Assembly: GCA_045603405.1 (NCBI GenBank)
Contig: JAZUMA010000032.1
Location: 102 to 64,101 of the forward strand
Direction of reading: 5' to 3'
DNA length: 64,000 bases
DNA from: Alphaproteobacteria bacterium
Lineage (GTDB): Bacteria; Pseudomonadota; Alphaproteobacteria; RF32; CAG-239
The notes below the pieces were generated by a model, which searched no databases, was not told where the DNA came from, and was given only the letters and a program-made list of their open reading frames with translations. The translations under genes and the position numbers were made by a program. Positions 16,650 through 26,333 of the stretch are shown in pieces (position 1 is the stretch's first letter; each line of letters begins with the position of its first letter).

Positions 16650-17162
16650 ATGCAAAAAGAATTTTCGTTTCCGCTGAAAATTGATGAACTTGGACAGGGA
16701 GAACAAACTTATAACCTTAGAGCAGACAAGGATCAGCTTGAATGGCTGACCAAAATTTTACAGGTTCCGGCTGTGAATAGTTTTCAAGCAGATATGAAAT
16801 TACACTTCCAAAAAAAGAAAGGAAAATTGGATATAACAGGGTGTGTAAAAGCAAATCTAGGTTTAATTAGTGTAATATCCTTAGAAGAGTTTAACAAAGA
16901 TTATACGGCAAATTTTTCTGTTATATATGATACAAATGCTAAATACGATGATATTTATCAAGATGATGAAGATATCAATTTAGATATTCCGGATATTGTG
17001 ATTAAAGGGAAAATAAATCTAGGAGATATAGCTATCGAGCAACTGGCCTTAGTTATAGAAGATCACCCGCGAAAAGAAGGTGAAATATTTGATTCTGTTA
17101 TTGAAGATGATACAGCTTTAAGTAATAATCCTTTCGCTGTGCTTGCAAAATTAAAAAAGTAG
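16650..17162 (+). CDS. yceD: YceD family (DUF177) protein
   Basis: Acidic 170-aa protein located immediately upstream of rpmF-plsX-fabH, the conserved yceD position. Confidence 0.75.
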   Translation: MQKEFSFPLKIDELGQGEQTYNLRADKDQLEWLTKILQVPAVNSFQADMKLHFQKKKGKLDITGCVKANLGLISVISLEEFNKDYTANFSVIYDTNAKYDDIYQDDEDINLDIPDIVIKGKINLGDIAIEQLALVIEDHPRKEGEIFDSVIEDDTALSNNPFAVLAKLKK

Positions 17163-17321
17163 TTAAATATTAAAATAAAGTCACAAAAATAAAAAACCGC
17201 AAAAAAACTCTTGCCTTTTATATTTTTTTTATATAAAAGCTAACTCAATAACCCCTGAGTCGTTGATGCAGACAGTCAGGAGTTAATTTGTGTCAAATAA
17301 TTTTAGATAAGAGATAAAGAA

Positions 17322-17519
17322 ATGGCTACACCAAAAAAGAAAACATCTCAATCTCGCCGCAACATGCGTCGTGCTCATGATGCTTTAACACCAAATGCAT
17401 ACCATGAATGTCCGAACTGTGGCGAATTGAAAAGACCTCATAATGTATGCCCTAAATGCGGCCAATATGATGGTAAAGAAATTATTGCTCAGAAGGCTGT
17501 AGAACAGTCAGAAGATTAA
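17322..17519 (+). CDS. rpmF: 50S ribosomal protein L32
   Basis: [20 protein letters not shown]-terminus and a CxxC...CxxC zinc ribbon. Confidence 0.95.
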   Translation: MATPKKKTSQSRRNMRRAHDALTPNAYHECPNCGELKRPHNVCPKCGQYDGKEIIAQKAVEQSED

Positions 17520-17535
17520 TATTAATTCTATTTTT

Positions 17536-18600
17536 ATGGAGCGACTTGTGTCTGATAAGAATATAGTCATATCGATAGATGCTATGGGGGGAGATTATTC
17601 CCCCAAAGTGGTTATAGAAGGGCTGGCCTTAGCGCATAAAAGAAATCCGAATATACGTTTTTTAGTTTATGGAGATGAGGTTAAAGTCAAAGCTGAAATG
17701 GCAAAATTTCCTCAACTTGAAGAAGTTTGTGAGTTGTTTCATACACAAGAAGCCGTTAAAAATGAAGATAAACCATCGCATGTGATTCGTAATCGTGCAA
17801 CCAGCATGTATCAAGCGATTGAAGCTGTCAAATTAGGAAAAGCACAAGCTGTCGTATCAGCCGGAAATACAGGTGCATTAATGGCTATTTCTAAGATGGT
17901 TTTAAAAACAATACAAAAGATACATCGTCCGGCAATTATAACCATTATGCCACATGAAAATGGGCGTTATGCAATGTTAGATTTAGGTGCAAATACCGAA
18001 TGTGATGGTGTTAATTTAGCAGAATTTGCCTTAATGGGAAATATTTATGCTAAATGTGCTCTGAATGTAGAAAAACCGCGAGTCGCACTAATGAACATTG
18101 GTGCAGAAGAGATGAAGGGGAAAAATGAAATCCATATGGCAGCCCATATGCTGAAGAATTCGCACCTAAATATGAATTTTATCGGGTATATAGAACCGCA
18201 CGAGATTCCTCAAGGCAAAGCAGATGTTATTGTTGCAGATGGTTTTTCTGGTAATATTGCACTAAAATCAATAGAAGGAACATGTCATCTGATCAGTCAT
18301 ATGATAAAAGGCAGTATAAAAGAGTCTTTACTTGCAAAATTAGGATTACCTTTTATGTTTGGCGCGATTCGTAAACTGAAACAAAAAATTGATCCGCGCT
18401 CATATAATGGCGCTATGTTGGTCGGTCTAAATGGTTTATCAGTTAAAAGTCACGGCGGTACAGATGCTTTGGGCTTCTCTGTTGCTGTAGAAAATGCGGC
18501 TAAATTGGTTGCAAATGACTTTGTGGGAGCAATTCGGCGCGAACTCGAAAATGTTGATTTAGATGAAATTTCACAGGAAGCTTATTATGAAGTATATTAG
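17536..18600 (+). CDS. plsX: Phosphate acyltransferase PlsX
   Basis: IDAMGGD, SAGNTGA and DGFSGNI motifs. Confidence 0.95.
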   Translation: MERLVSDKNIVISIDAMGGDYSPKVVIEGLALAHKRNPNIRFLVYGDEVKVKAEMAKFPQLEEVCELFHTQEAVKNEDKPSHVIRNRATSMYQAIEAVKLGKAQAVVSAGNTGALMAISKMVLKTIQKIHRPAIITIMPHENGRYAMLDLGANTECDGVNLAEFALMGNIYAKCALNVEKPRVALMNIGAEEMKGKNEIHMAAHMLKNSHLNMNFIGYIEPHEIPQGKADVIVADGFSGNIALKSIEGTCHLISHMIKGSIKESLLAKLGLPFMFGAIRKLKQKIDPRSYNGAMLVGLNGLSVKSHGGTDALGFSVAVENAAKLVANDFVGAIRRELENVDLDEISQEAYYEVY

Positions 18601-19567
18601 AACAGAAATTATAGGTTGTGGTCATTATCTTCCAACCAAAGTATTAACGAATGACGATTTGTCACGAATGGTAGAGACAAATGATGAATGGATTAGCACA
18701 CGCACAGGTATAAGATCTCGTCATATTGCGGAAAAAAATGAGCTGACCTCAGATATGGCAATTCATGCCATAGACATGGCCATGGCAAATGCTAAAGTAA
18801 AAGCAGAAGAAATAGATTTAGTTTTAATTGCCACAGCAACACCGGATAAAACAACTCCGGCAACAGCTGCGATTGTTGCTGGTAAAATCGGGGTTAAGCA
18901 TGGAGCTCCGGCTTTTGATATAAATGCAGCTTGTTCAGGTTTTGTATATGCTCTAACTTTAGCTGATAATATGATAAGGTTAGGTCAGATTAAAACAGCT
19001 GTTGTAGCGGGAGTCGATAACCTTTCTAAAATTGTCGATTGGACAGATAGAAACACATGTGTCTTATTCGGTGATGGTGCAGGAGCGATGGTTATTCGTG
19101 CCAAAGAAGGTGAAGGAAATTCAAAAGATACAGGCATTTTAGCTACCAAAATATACGGGGATGGTACACAAGCTTGTAATTTATATGCTACCGGTGGCGT
19201 GGCAGAAACCCAAACAGCAGGATTCATTCAAATGAATGGAAAAGAAGTATTCAAATTTGCTGTCGGGGCTATGGCTGAGGCCAGTCATAGCGTACTCGAG
19301 CAGGCAGGTGTTAACGTCAGCGAAGTCGACTGGTTGTTACCCCACCAAGCAAATAGTCGTATTATTGCCGGTGTCGGGCAAAAACTAGAAATACCGGAAG
19401 AAAAAGTGATTATAACAGTTGATCATCACGGTAATACATCAGCCGCTTCAGTTCCTCTGGCTTTTTCCGAGTCGGTACATTCAGGTAAGATTAAGAAAGG
19501 TGACTTAGTGCTAATTCCGGCGATGGGAGCTGGTTTTACATGGGGCGGTTTGCTGATTAGACTGTGA
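18587..19567 (+). CDS. fabH: 3-oxoacyl-ACP synthase III
   Basis: NAACSGF (active-site Cys), HQAN and GNTSAAS motifs. ATG 18587 is preferred over 18563. Confidence 0.95.
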   Translation: MKYIRTEIIGCGHYLPTKVLTNDDLSRMVETNDEWISTRTGIRSRHIAEKNELTSDMAIHAIDMAMANAKVKAEEIDLVLIATATPDKTTPATAAIVAGKIGVKHGAPAFDINAACSGFVYALTLADNMIRLGQIKTAVVAGVDNLSKIVDWTDRNTCVLFGDGAGAMVIRAKEGEGNSKDTGILATKIYGDGTQACNLYATGGVAETQTAGFIQMNGKEVFKFAVGAMAEASHSVLEQAGVNVSEVDWLLPHQANSRIIAGVGQKLEIPEEKVIITVDHHGNTSAASVPLAFSESVHSGKIKKGDLVLIPAMGAGFTWGGLLIRL

Positions 19568-19673
19568 CTATAAAAAATTATATGCATAATTAACATAATT
19601 TGTTGAATAGTCGGACAAGTAAGATTACACTAAAACGCAGAAATGGAAATTATATTTTTAGGAAAGGTAAAAA

Positions 19674-19961
19674 ATGACAACAGTTACTCGTGCTGATATT
19701 ACAGAGAGCGTTTGTGCAGAGATAGGTTTGTCTCGTAAAGATGCTGGTGAAATTTTGGATATGGTAATTGATGAAATCAAAAATGGGCTGATAGCAGGAA
19801 AAGATGTAAAAATTTCTACATTTGGTTCTTTTTGGTTAAAAAAGAAGAATGCGCGTATCGGTAGAAATCCTAAGACCGGCGTTGAAGCAGAAATTACACC
19901 GAGAACGGTTATATCTTTCCGTCCGTCGCAAACCTTAAAAAAAGCAGTGAATAAAAATTAA
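19674..19961 (+). CDS. ihfA: Integration host factor subunit alpha
   Basis: FGSFWLKKKNARIGRNPKTGVEAEITPRTVISFRPS is the canonical IHF/HU arm. Confidence 0.9.
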   Translation: MTTVTRADITESVCAEIGLSRKDAGEILDMVIDEIKNGLIAGKDVKISTFGSFWLKKKNARIGRNPKTGVEAEITPRTVISFRPSQTLKKAVNKN

Positions 19962-19982
19962 TCTGTTTTTTAAACAAATGAA

Positions 19983-20018
19983 GGGCGGTTAAATGTGTAA
20001 GGTTAACCGTCCATTTTT
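19983..20018 (+). terminator. Intrinsic terminator after ihfA
   Basis: 10-bp stem GGGCGGTTAA/TTAACCGTCC (one G-U pair) followed by ATTTTT. Confidence 0.7.
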
Positions 20019-20036
20019 GTTAAAAAAGGAGAAGAA

Positions 20037-20441
20037 ATGGGAATTAATAAATCAAAATCAGCATTTAGGAGCATCGCCGAAGTTACGGAAGATTTAGGTG
20101 TTGCACCTCATGTTTTGCGTTTTTGGGAAACAAAATTTACACAAATTAAGCCAATGAAAACAAAATCCTCCCGACGTTATTATCGTCCGGATGATGTTGA
20201 ATTATTGGCATTAATAAAAGATTTACTTTATAATCGTCGCTATACAATAGAAGGTGTACAAAAACTTTTTAAAAATCGTAGTTTGAAAGATATTCTGGGT
20301 ACAGAAATTCAAAAAGATTTTTTTGAAGAAGAACAAGAAACTTCTGAAGGTGAAAACCAAATTATATCTGTGATTAAAGAAGCTGTTACAGGGTTATCAG
20401 AAGTCAAACGGGATTTATTGGCTTTAGCAGAAAATAAGTAA
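20037..20441 (+). CDS. MerR family transcriptional regulator
   Basis: The [22 protein letters not shown] helix-turn-helix. The gene pair ihfA-merR is conserved in alphaproteobacteria. Confidence 0.85.
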   Translation: MGINKSKSAFRSIAEVTEDLGVAPHVLRFWETKFTQIKPMKTKSSRRYYRPDDVELLALIKDLLYNRRYTIEGVQKLFKNRSLKDILGTEIQKDFFEEEQETSEGENQIISVIKEAVTGLSEVKRDLLALAENK

Positions 20442-20450
20442 GGAATTTGT

Positions 20451-20660
20451 ATGACAGATACAGAAAAACGCTTTATTGATATAGAGATTGCTCTATCAAA
20501 TTTAGAGCGTATGGTTGATGATTTGAATGAAGTTATTATTCAACAAAGTAAAGATATTACTCTATTACAAAAACAAAATCATTATCTGATAGAAGCCTTG
20601 CGCAATGCTCAAAATGTTGTTAAGCCTTTAGAAGAAGAAACACCTCCACCGCATTATTAA
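20451..20660 (+). CDS. slyX: SlyX family protein
   Basis: 69-aa coiled-coil protein with the RFIDIEIALSNLERMVDDLNEVIIQQ pattern. Confidence 0.7.
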   Translation: MTDTEKRFIDIEIALSNLERMVDDLNEVIIQQSKDITLLQKQNHYLIEALRNAQNVVKPLEEETPPPHY

Positions 20661-20761
20661 ATCTTACTTTATATACCAGCACCTAAATATTGCAAGAGTT
20701 CTGAAATTTACTTTACAATTTGCTTATGATATTTATACTGAAAGCATCAAAGGTATAGTAG

Positions 20762-22240
20762 ATGGTAGTAGATAAAAAATATAGTAGAAATAATGTAAAG
20801 CTATGGCTTAGCCTTTTTGCTATTATAAATATCATTTTTTTGTTTTATCAAGTGCATTTTTTTTGGGGAAATCATGATTGGGATTGGATAAAAGGCACAA
20901 CGCAGGTTTTAAGCTTAAACACCGGCATGTTTGAGGGTAGATTTGCTAAATTTATTCTAAATAAAGTATTGTTTGGTGGGCAGGTATTACCGATATTTAA
21001 CAATATAATAGCGTTTGCTCTGCTTGCTTTAGGTGTAATATTATTAGTAGAATATTGGCAGATAAGAGGCATAAAAAACAAAATAATTTTAGCTTTATTT
21101 CCGATGGTATCACCATTTATTTTGGGGTGGCTTTATTTTCCGATAAACATATTAGGAAATTTTGCAGCAATCCCTTTGGTTGCAGGTGGTTTATGCTTAG
21201 CAGAAAAAAAGGCAATAGATAAAGTTACAGCGGTTATATGTTGGCTGATAGCACTGGGTACATATCCGAGCACCATGGAAATGATTATCATTTGTTTTTG
21301 TTTTCGTTGTATATTAAATCCGATAACATTTTCTGAAATAATAAAAATGACAATATTGATACTTGTATCGCTCTTGCTTTTCAAATTCTTATTGTGGAAT
21401 TTAGGCCAATTGCAATGGATTGTTAAAGATTATTATAATTTAAAGACGGTAACACTATCCGAATTAATAAATCGTACGCCGCAGATGATAAAACTGGCAT
21501 TTAGTCAACTGGTAACAACGTTACCTTTTATGGATTTAAAATTTAAAGTATTGGGTATAATAACCATTATTATTGCCTTTATAAGCTCAATTTGTAAATT
21601 CAAAACAGCTTTTTTATGGTTGTTTGCTTTTCTGACGACGGTATTAAGTACATGGCTGACAGGAACGCCGGAAGAAACTGCTTATATGCCACGGATAAAC
21701 TTTTACGGATTAAATTTCTTTTATACGGGTGCTATAGCTGTATTGTTGCAAAGAAAAGGATGGACACATAATTTAGGTTCTCTTTTAAGTATAGCACTTA
21801 TCTATCAGAGTATTATCGCAGATTTTAATGCACAAAAAGTTTGGTTATTAGGTAAAAAAGCTGAAGAAAATTTGATTGAAAGAATAAGTGCGAGAATAAC
21901 TTTTCAAACCTCACAACAAAAAATACCGATTGTTGCCGGAGAGATTTCTCTGCGTTCCAGGTATTATTTTGAAAAATATCAACAGCCAAGTCCGTATACA
22001 TTGCATGCACCATTTATAGTACGCCACATTCCATCTGGTATATTTAATTTTTATGCCATAAAGCCTTTATTTTATGGTATATCTCAGATTTCAAGTATAG
22101 ATACAGAATTATATAACTTTTTACAGTCAGCATACCAACCATGGCCGGCAGAAAAAGCAATATATATAGATGAAAATTACGCAATTATTTTACTCACATC
22201 TCAAGGTATACAAGCTATTCAGTCGCAACTACCGCAATAA
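20762..22240 (+). CDS. Polytopic membrane protein, GtrII-like glucosyltransferase family candidate (paralog A)
   Basis: 492 aa, multi-TM. Shares the blocks HDW..., FEGR..F....LFGGQVLPI.NN..(A/S)FA and C-terminal PWP...I(Y/F)ID with 56871-58448. Confidence 0.6.
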   Translation: MVVDKKYSRNNVKLWLSLFAIINIIFLFYQVHFFWGNHDWDWIKGTTQVLSLNTGMFEGRFAKFILNKVLFGGQVLPIFNNIIAFALLALGVILLVEYWQIRGIKNKIILALFPMVSPFILGWLYFPINILGNFAAIPLVAGGLCLAEKKAIDKVTAVICWLIALGTYPSTMEMIIICFCFRCILNPITFSEIIKMTILILVSLLLFKFLLWNLGQLQWIVKDYYNLKTVTLSELINRTPQMIKLAFSQLVTTLPFMDLKFKVLGIITIIIAFISSICKFKTAFLWLFAFLTTVLSTWLTGTPEETAYMPRINFYGLNFFYTGAIAVLLQRKGWTHNLGSLLSIALIYQSIIADFNAQKVWLLGKKAEENLIERISARITFQTSQQKIPIVAGEISLRSRYYFEKYQQPSPYTLHAPFIVRHIPSGIFNFYAIKPLFYGISQISSIDTELYNFLQSAYQPWPAEKAIYIDENYAIILLTSQGIQAIQSQLPQ

Positions 22241-22247
22241 ATATTTT

Positions 22248-22276
22248 TTGACCAGCACTTGATTTTTTCCTATAAG
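22248..22276 (+). promoter_or_regulatory. Candidate promoter of clpB
   Basis: TTGACC, 17-nt spacer, TATAAG. An overlapping CTTGAT-N18-CTACAT arrangement could alternatively be a sigma32-type promoter. Confidence 0.35.
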
Positions 22277-22309
22277 CTTTACTACATAAAAAGTATAAGG
22301 AGAAAAAAG

Positions 22310-24871
22310 ATGAATGCTGAAAAATTTACCATAAAATCGCAAGAAGCCGTAAAAAACTCTGTGGATATGGCTATCCGCCTAGGTCAGCAGTTTGTGACAC
22401 CATTGCACTTATTGGCTTCTATACTGGATATGAACGAACCTGTAGTAGAAAGTTTAATAACGACAAGCGGTGGACAGTTAAGTAACTTAAAAAACGACGT
22501 GAACAATGAAATAAAAAAAATACCTTCTGTAAGCGGTGAAAATATTCAAAGTTCTATTTCACAAGAGTACAGTCGTCTATTGTTAGAAGCAGAAAGCTTT
22601 GCAGAAAAGAATAATGATAAATTTGTGACATTAGAAAGATTATTGCAGGTATTAACTCAAAGTTCAGGAAATAAAGCCGCAGATTTATTGCATGCCAATG
22701 GGGTTAATCCGATAAAATTGAATCAAGCAATACAAGAATATCGCAAAGGAAGATTAGCTGATAGTGAAACAGCAGAAGATACATTTGAAAGCTTAAAAAA
22801 GTTTACCACAGATTTAACGGCACAAGCAAAAGAAGGAAAGTTGGATCCCGTTATTGGCAGAGATGCAGAAATAAGAAGGACTATTCAAGTGCTGTCTCGC
22901 CGCACCAAAAACAATCCGGTTTTAATAGGTGAACCTGGCGTAGGTAAAACAGCAATTGTTGAAGGGTTAGCAATGCGTATTATTAACAATGATGTACCGG
23001 AAAGCCTGAAACATAAAAGGTTGTTAGCTTTAGATATGGGTGCTCTGATTGCCGGAGCTAAATTCCGTGGTGAATTTGAAGAACGCTTAAAATCAGTATT
23101 AAAAGAAGTTGAAGAAGCCGCCGGACAAATCATTTTATTTATAGATGAAATGCATACCATAGTTGGTGCCGGCGCTAATGAAGGATCAATGGATGCGTCA
23201 AATTTGCTGAAACCTGCTTTGGCACGCGGAGAATTGCACTGTGTCGGAGCAACAACTTTAAACGAATACAAAAAATATGTAGAAAAGGATGCAGCCTTAG
23301 CCAGAAGATTCCAGCCGGTATATGTTGACGAACCTGATGTTGAAGAAACAATCACTATTTTGCGTGGTATTAAAGAAAAGTTTGAACTTCATCATGGTGT
23401 CAGAATTGCCGATTCAGCATTAATAGCAGCCGCAACATTAGCTAATCGTTATATTGCTGACAGATATATGCCTGATAAAGCAATAGACTTGATGGATGAG
23501 GCTGCGTCATCACTCCGCATGAGTATTGATTCTAAACCGGAAGAATTGGATACGCTCGATAGAAAAGTTTTACAGCTCAAAATCGAAAAAGAAGCGCTAA
23601 AAAAAGAAACGGATGAAAATTCTAAAAGTCGTCTGCAAGATGTGGAAAAGGAGCTGGCTAATTTAGAAGAAAAAGCACAAAATTTAGCGGCAAAATGGTC
23701 ACAGGAAAAACAAAATTTACAACAGATGACAGAAATAAAAGACAAGCTTGATAAAGCAAAAAATGAAGTGCAGATAGCAGAAAGAAATGGGCAATACGAA
23801 AGAGCAGGTGAATTACAATATGGTATAATTCCAGGGTTATCGGCAGAACTGGAAACACTCGAAAAAAATATCAAGAGAACAGAACAACAGACTGTTCAGT
23901 CGGAAGATATTGCTAAAGTTGTATCAAAATGGACAGGCATTCCCATTGAAAAAATGTTATCTTCCGAGCGCGAAAAGCTATTACAGTTAGAAGAACACTT
24001 GAAAAAGCGTGTCATTGGGCAGGATGAAGCAGTAGAAGCAGTAGCCAATGCCGTACGTCGTTCCCGTTCAGGTATATCGAATCCCAATCAACCGATAGGT
24101 TCATTTATGTTTTTAGGCCCGACTGGCGTGGGTAAAACGGAATTAAGCAAGAGCTTGGCAGAGTTTTTATTCAATGATGAAAATGCTATGTTAAGAGTTG
24201 ATATGTCCGAGTATATGGAAAAACATTCCGTTGCTCGCTTAATTGGCTCACCCCCTGGATATGTTGGTTATGACGAAGGCGGTATTTTAACTGAGAATGT
24301 TCGTCGCCGTCCTTATCAGGTCATTTTGTTTGATGAAGTAGAAAAAGCGCATCCGGATGTATTTAATATTTTACTTCAAGTACTGGATGACGGACGCTTA
24401 ACGGATAGTAAAGGTCGAACGGTAGATTTTAAAAATACCATTATCATCATGACTTCAAATTTAGGCGCAGAGTACCTTATTGATAGAGGTTTATCAGCAG
24501 ATGAACAGGTCGAAAAGGTGTTGGCAACACTAAAACAAGCTTTCCGACCGGAATTTATTAATCGTATAGATGATATTGTTGTATTTAAACGACTAAGCAA
24601 AGAGAATATCCGTGATATTGCAGGTTTAGCTTTGCAAAATATCGAAAAGCGATTAATAGATAAAGGAATTAGTTTAGAACTGACGCCAAAAGCTGAAGAC
24701 TGGATAGTCAATAACGGCTATGATGAAATTTATGGAGCTCGTCCGTTAAAGAGGTTGCTGAAACGTGAATTAGAAAATAAATTAGCCTACGCACTTTTAG
24801 CCGGAGATGTATCTGACAATTCTACAATTAAGGTAGATGTCGGTAAAGACGGGCTGGTTTTTAATAAATAA
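22310..24871 (+). CDS. clpB: ATP-dependent chaperone ClpB
   Basis: Two AAA+ modules ([16 protein letters not shown]) and a long middle coiled coil. ATG 22310 with AAGGAG upstream is preferred over the track start at 22259. Confidence 0.95.
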   Translation: MNAEKFTIKSQEAVKNSVDMAIRLGQQFVTPLHLLASILDMNEPVVESLITTSGGQLSNLKNDVNNEIKKIPSVSGENIQSSISQEYSRLLLEAESFAEKNNDKFVTLERLLQVLTQSSGNKAADLLHANGVNPIKLNQAIQEYRKGRLADSETAEDTFESLKKFTTDLTAQAKEGKLDPVIGRDAEIRRTIQVLSRRTKNNPVLIGEPGVGKTAIVEGLAMRIINNDVPESLKHKRLLALDMGALIAGAKFRGEFEERLKSVLKEVEEAAGQIILFIDEMHTIVGAGANEGSMDASNLLKPALARGELHCVGATTLNEYKKYVEKDAALARRFQPVYVDEPDVEETITILRGIKEKFELHHGVRIADSALIAAATLANRYIADRYMPDKAIDLMDEAASSLRMSIDSKPEELDTLDRKVLQLKIEKEALKKETDENSKSRLQDVEKELANLEEKAQNLAAKWSQEKQNLQQMTEIKDKLDKAKNEVQIAERNGQYERAGELQYGIIPGLSAELETLEKNIKRTEQQTVQSEDIAKVVSKWTGIPIEKMLSSEREKLLQLEEHLKKRVIGQDEAVEAVANAVRRSRSGISNPNQPIGSFMFLGPTGVGKTELSKSLAEFLFNDENAMLRVDMSEYMEKHSVARLIGSPPGYVGYDEGGILTENVRRRPYQVILFDEVEKAHPDVFNILLQVLDDGRLTDSKGRTVDFKNTIIIMTSNLGAEYLIDRGLSADEQVEKVLATLKQAFRPEFINRIDDIVVFKRLSKENIRDIAGLALQNIEKRLIDKGISLELTPKAEDWIVNNGYDEIYGARPLKRLLKRELENKLAYALLAGDVSDNSTIKVDVGKDGLVFNK

Positions 24872-24875
24872 GTCT

Positions 24876-24910
24876 TAAATCCCCGCGGAAATAATTTTCG
24901 TGGGGATTTA
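24876..24910 (+). terminator. Hairpin terminator after clpB
   Basis: Stem TAAATCCCCGCG/CGTGGGGATTTA. No long T-run follows. Confidence 0.5.
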
Positions 24911-24916
24911 AATATG

Positions 24917-24945
24917 TTGCAACTGCTAAATATTTATGCTATAAT
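24917..24945 (+). promoter_or_regulatory. Sigma70-like promoter
   Basis: TTGCAA, 17-nt spacer, TATAAT. Confidence 0.55.
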
Positions 24946-24981
24946 AACACCATAGGTTAAAAATTGGTAGGGAGAATAGCC

Positions 24982-25833
24982 ATGTCAAAACTACAAGATG
25001 CTAGCGATACAGCTCAAAGAATGGCATACATGTATATGACAGGCCGCATAGAAGAAGCTAAAATGCTGGCTGAGCAGAAGTTTGGCATGATGGGACCTTT
25101 ATTATTAGAAGTTTTAGCAGAGCGAGGATATACCCCAGATGAAATAGCTAGAAAAATGAAAATAGTTGCCGGAGATATAAAAGCAAAAGCCGAAAAGCTG
25201 GAAAATAACGAACGTTTACAAAAAGAAAAAGCAAGCAAAGAAGCTGCTGAAGAAGCAACTCGTTTGGCTGAAGCCGAAGCCAGATTAAAAGCTGAAGCCG
25301 CTGAAAAAGAAAAGAGATTGGAAAGTTTTTTGGCAGATTTAGATAATTTAAGAGCTAGAAGAAAGAAATTGCAGGAGGAAAACAGAAAATTACGTCAAAA
25401 ACAAAAAGAAGAAGAAGAAAAACTAGAAAAATTGAAAAAAGAGAAAGAAGCATTGGCAAAGAAAGAAGAGATGGCCAAACGCAGAAAAAAGGATAGAAAA
25501 AAATTGCGTAAAAGAGAAAAGGATCCGCAAAAAATAAGAAAAATGGATATGGAAGAAATGCAGGATGATAGAGAGTTGGCAGAAATTAAAGCTGTTAAGA
25601 CAGAAATAGAAAAGAAACACAAACAACAAAAGAAGGTTGTAGAGAAAGCACAAAAAGAGGTAAGTAGCAATCAGTCAGAGATGGCAAAGCTTAATAAAGA
25701 AATTGAGCAAACGCAACAAAATATTGATAAAACAGTTAAAGAAATGGAAACAGTTAAACAAAAAGAAACAGCCCGGCAACAACCACAACAGAACACGGCA
25801 GTATTAAAAGTAGCTCAAGAACAATCTCGATAA
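24982..25833 (+). CDS. Lys/Glu-rich coiled-coil protein (hypothetical)
   Basis: ATG 24982 follows GGGAGA. The central ~200 aa are K/E/R-rich heptad-like sequence and include KRRKKDRKKLRKREK. Confidence 0.6.
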   Translation: MSKLQDASDTAQRMAYMYMTGRIEEAKMLAEQKFGMMGPLLLEVLAERGYTPDEIARKMKIVAGDIKAKAEKLENNERLQKEKASKEAAEEATRLAEAEARLKAEAAEKEKRLESFLADLDNLRARRKKLQEENRKLRQKQKEEEEKLEKLKKEKEALAKKEEMAKRRKKDRKKLRKREKDPQKIRKMDMEEMQDDRELAEIKAVKTEIEKKHKQQKKVVEKAQKEVSSNQSEMAKLNKEIEQTQQNIDKTVKEMETVKQKETARQQPQQNTAVLKVAQEQSR

Positions 25834-25848
25834 TGAATATATTTTAAA

Positions 25849-26037
25849 CTAATTCGCTAAAAATTCAAAAGCTGTAAAACAAAACATACCTGGCTGAATA
25901 AATTTCAAATGAGCCTTACAAAAACTAATTATTTCTGGAGCCGTCATTTCCTTTTCACCATCTTTGCGACGATAAATAACGCCCCATACAACTCCGACGA
26001 TAGTCGCAATAACGATTACAATAATGATTTTTTCCAT
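25849..26037 (-). CDS. Small single-TM membrane protein (62 aa), hypothetical
   Basis: The N-terminal hydrophobic helix MEKIIIVIVIATIVGVVWGVIY is followed by a basic stretch. Support is weak. Confidence 0.35.
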   Translation of the reverse strand: MEKIIIVIVIATIVGVVWGVIYRRKDGEKEMTAPEIISFCKAHLKFIQPGMFCFTAFEFLAN

Positions 26038-26333
26038 AATGATTTGATTTTTTTAATTTTGTTAATAATAAAATTTACCAAAGGCATGATAAAATTTTTT
26101 GTCAAGATAAAATACCGCGATGATGTATAAAAAAATTCGAGACAAAATCACTAGTTAATAAAGCAGATTGCTTTGCCTATAGTAGACGTAAAAGCGCGAA
26201 CCTTACGAAACAAGTTGCCAGCTAGAAAATGTCAGGTGAACATTTCTTTCGGATTATGATAGACCACAATTGACAAACAAGTATATACACAGTAGCATAA
26301 AACACAATTTCCGCAACCAAAAGGATATCGATA

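Noticed and set aside
17205-17235. AT-only inverted repeat TTTTATAT-T7-ATATAAAA upstream of rpmF
   Set aside because: It is pure A/T in an AT-rich intergenic region, so it is likely part of a promoter or UP element, or a chance occurrence. No T-run follows it and nothing indicates a specific function.
22885-23874. Long minus-strand ORFs (156 aa and 141 aa, plus others at 23658-24711) inside clpB
   Set aside because: They are antisense to a strongly conserved ClpB frame. Their Ser/Phe-rich low-complexity translations are typical of the reverse frame of K/E-rich coding sequence.
25014-25670. Minus-strand ORFs antisense to the coiled-coil gene
   Set aside because: They are Phe/Ser/Leu-rich mirror images of GAA/AAA-rich codons and have no independent signals.
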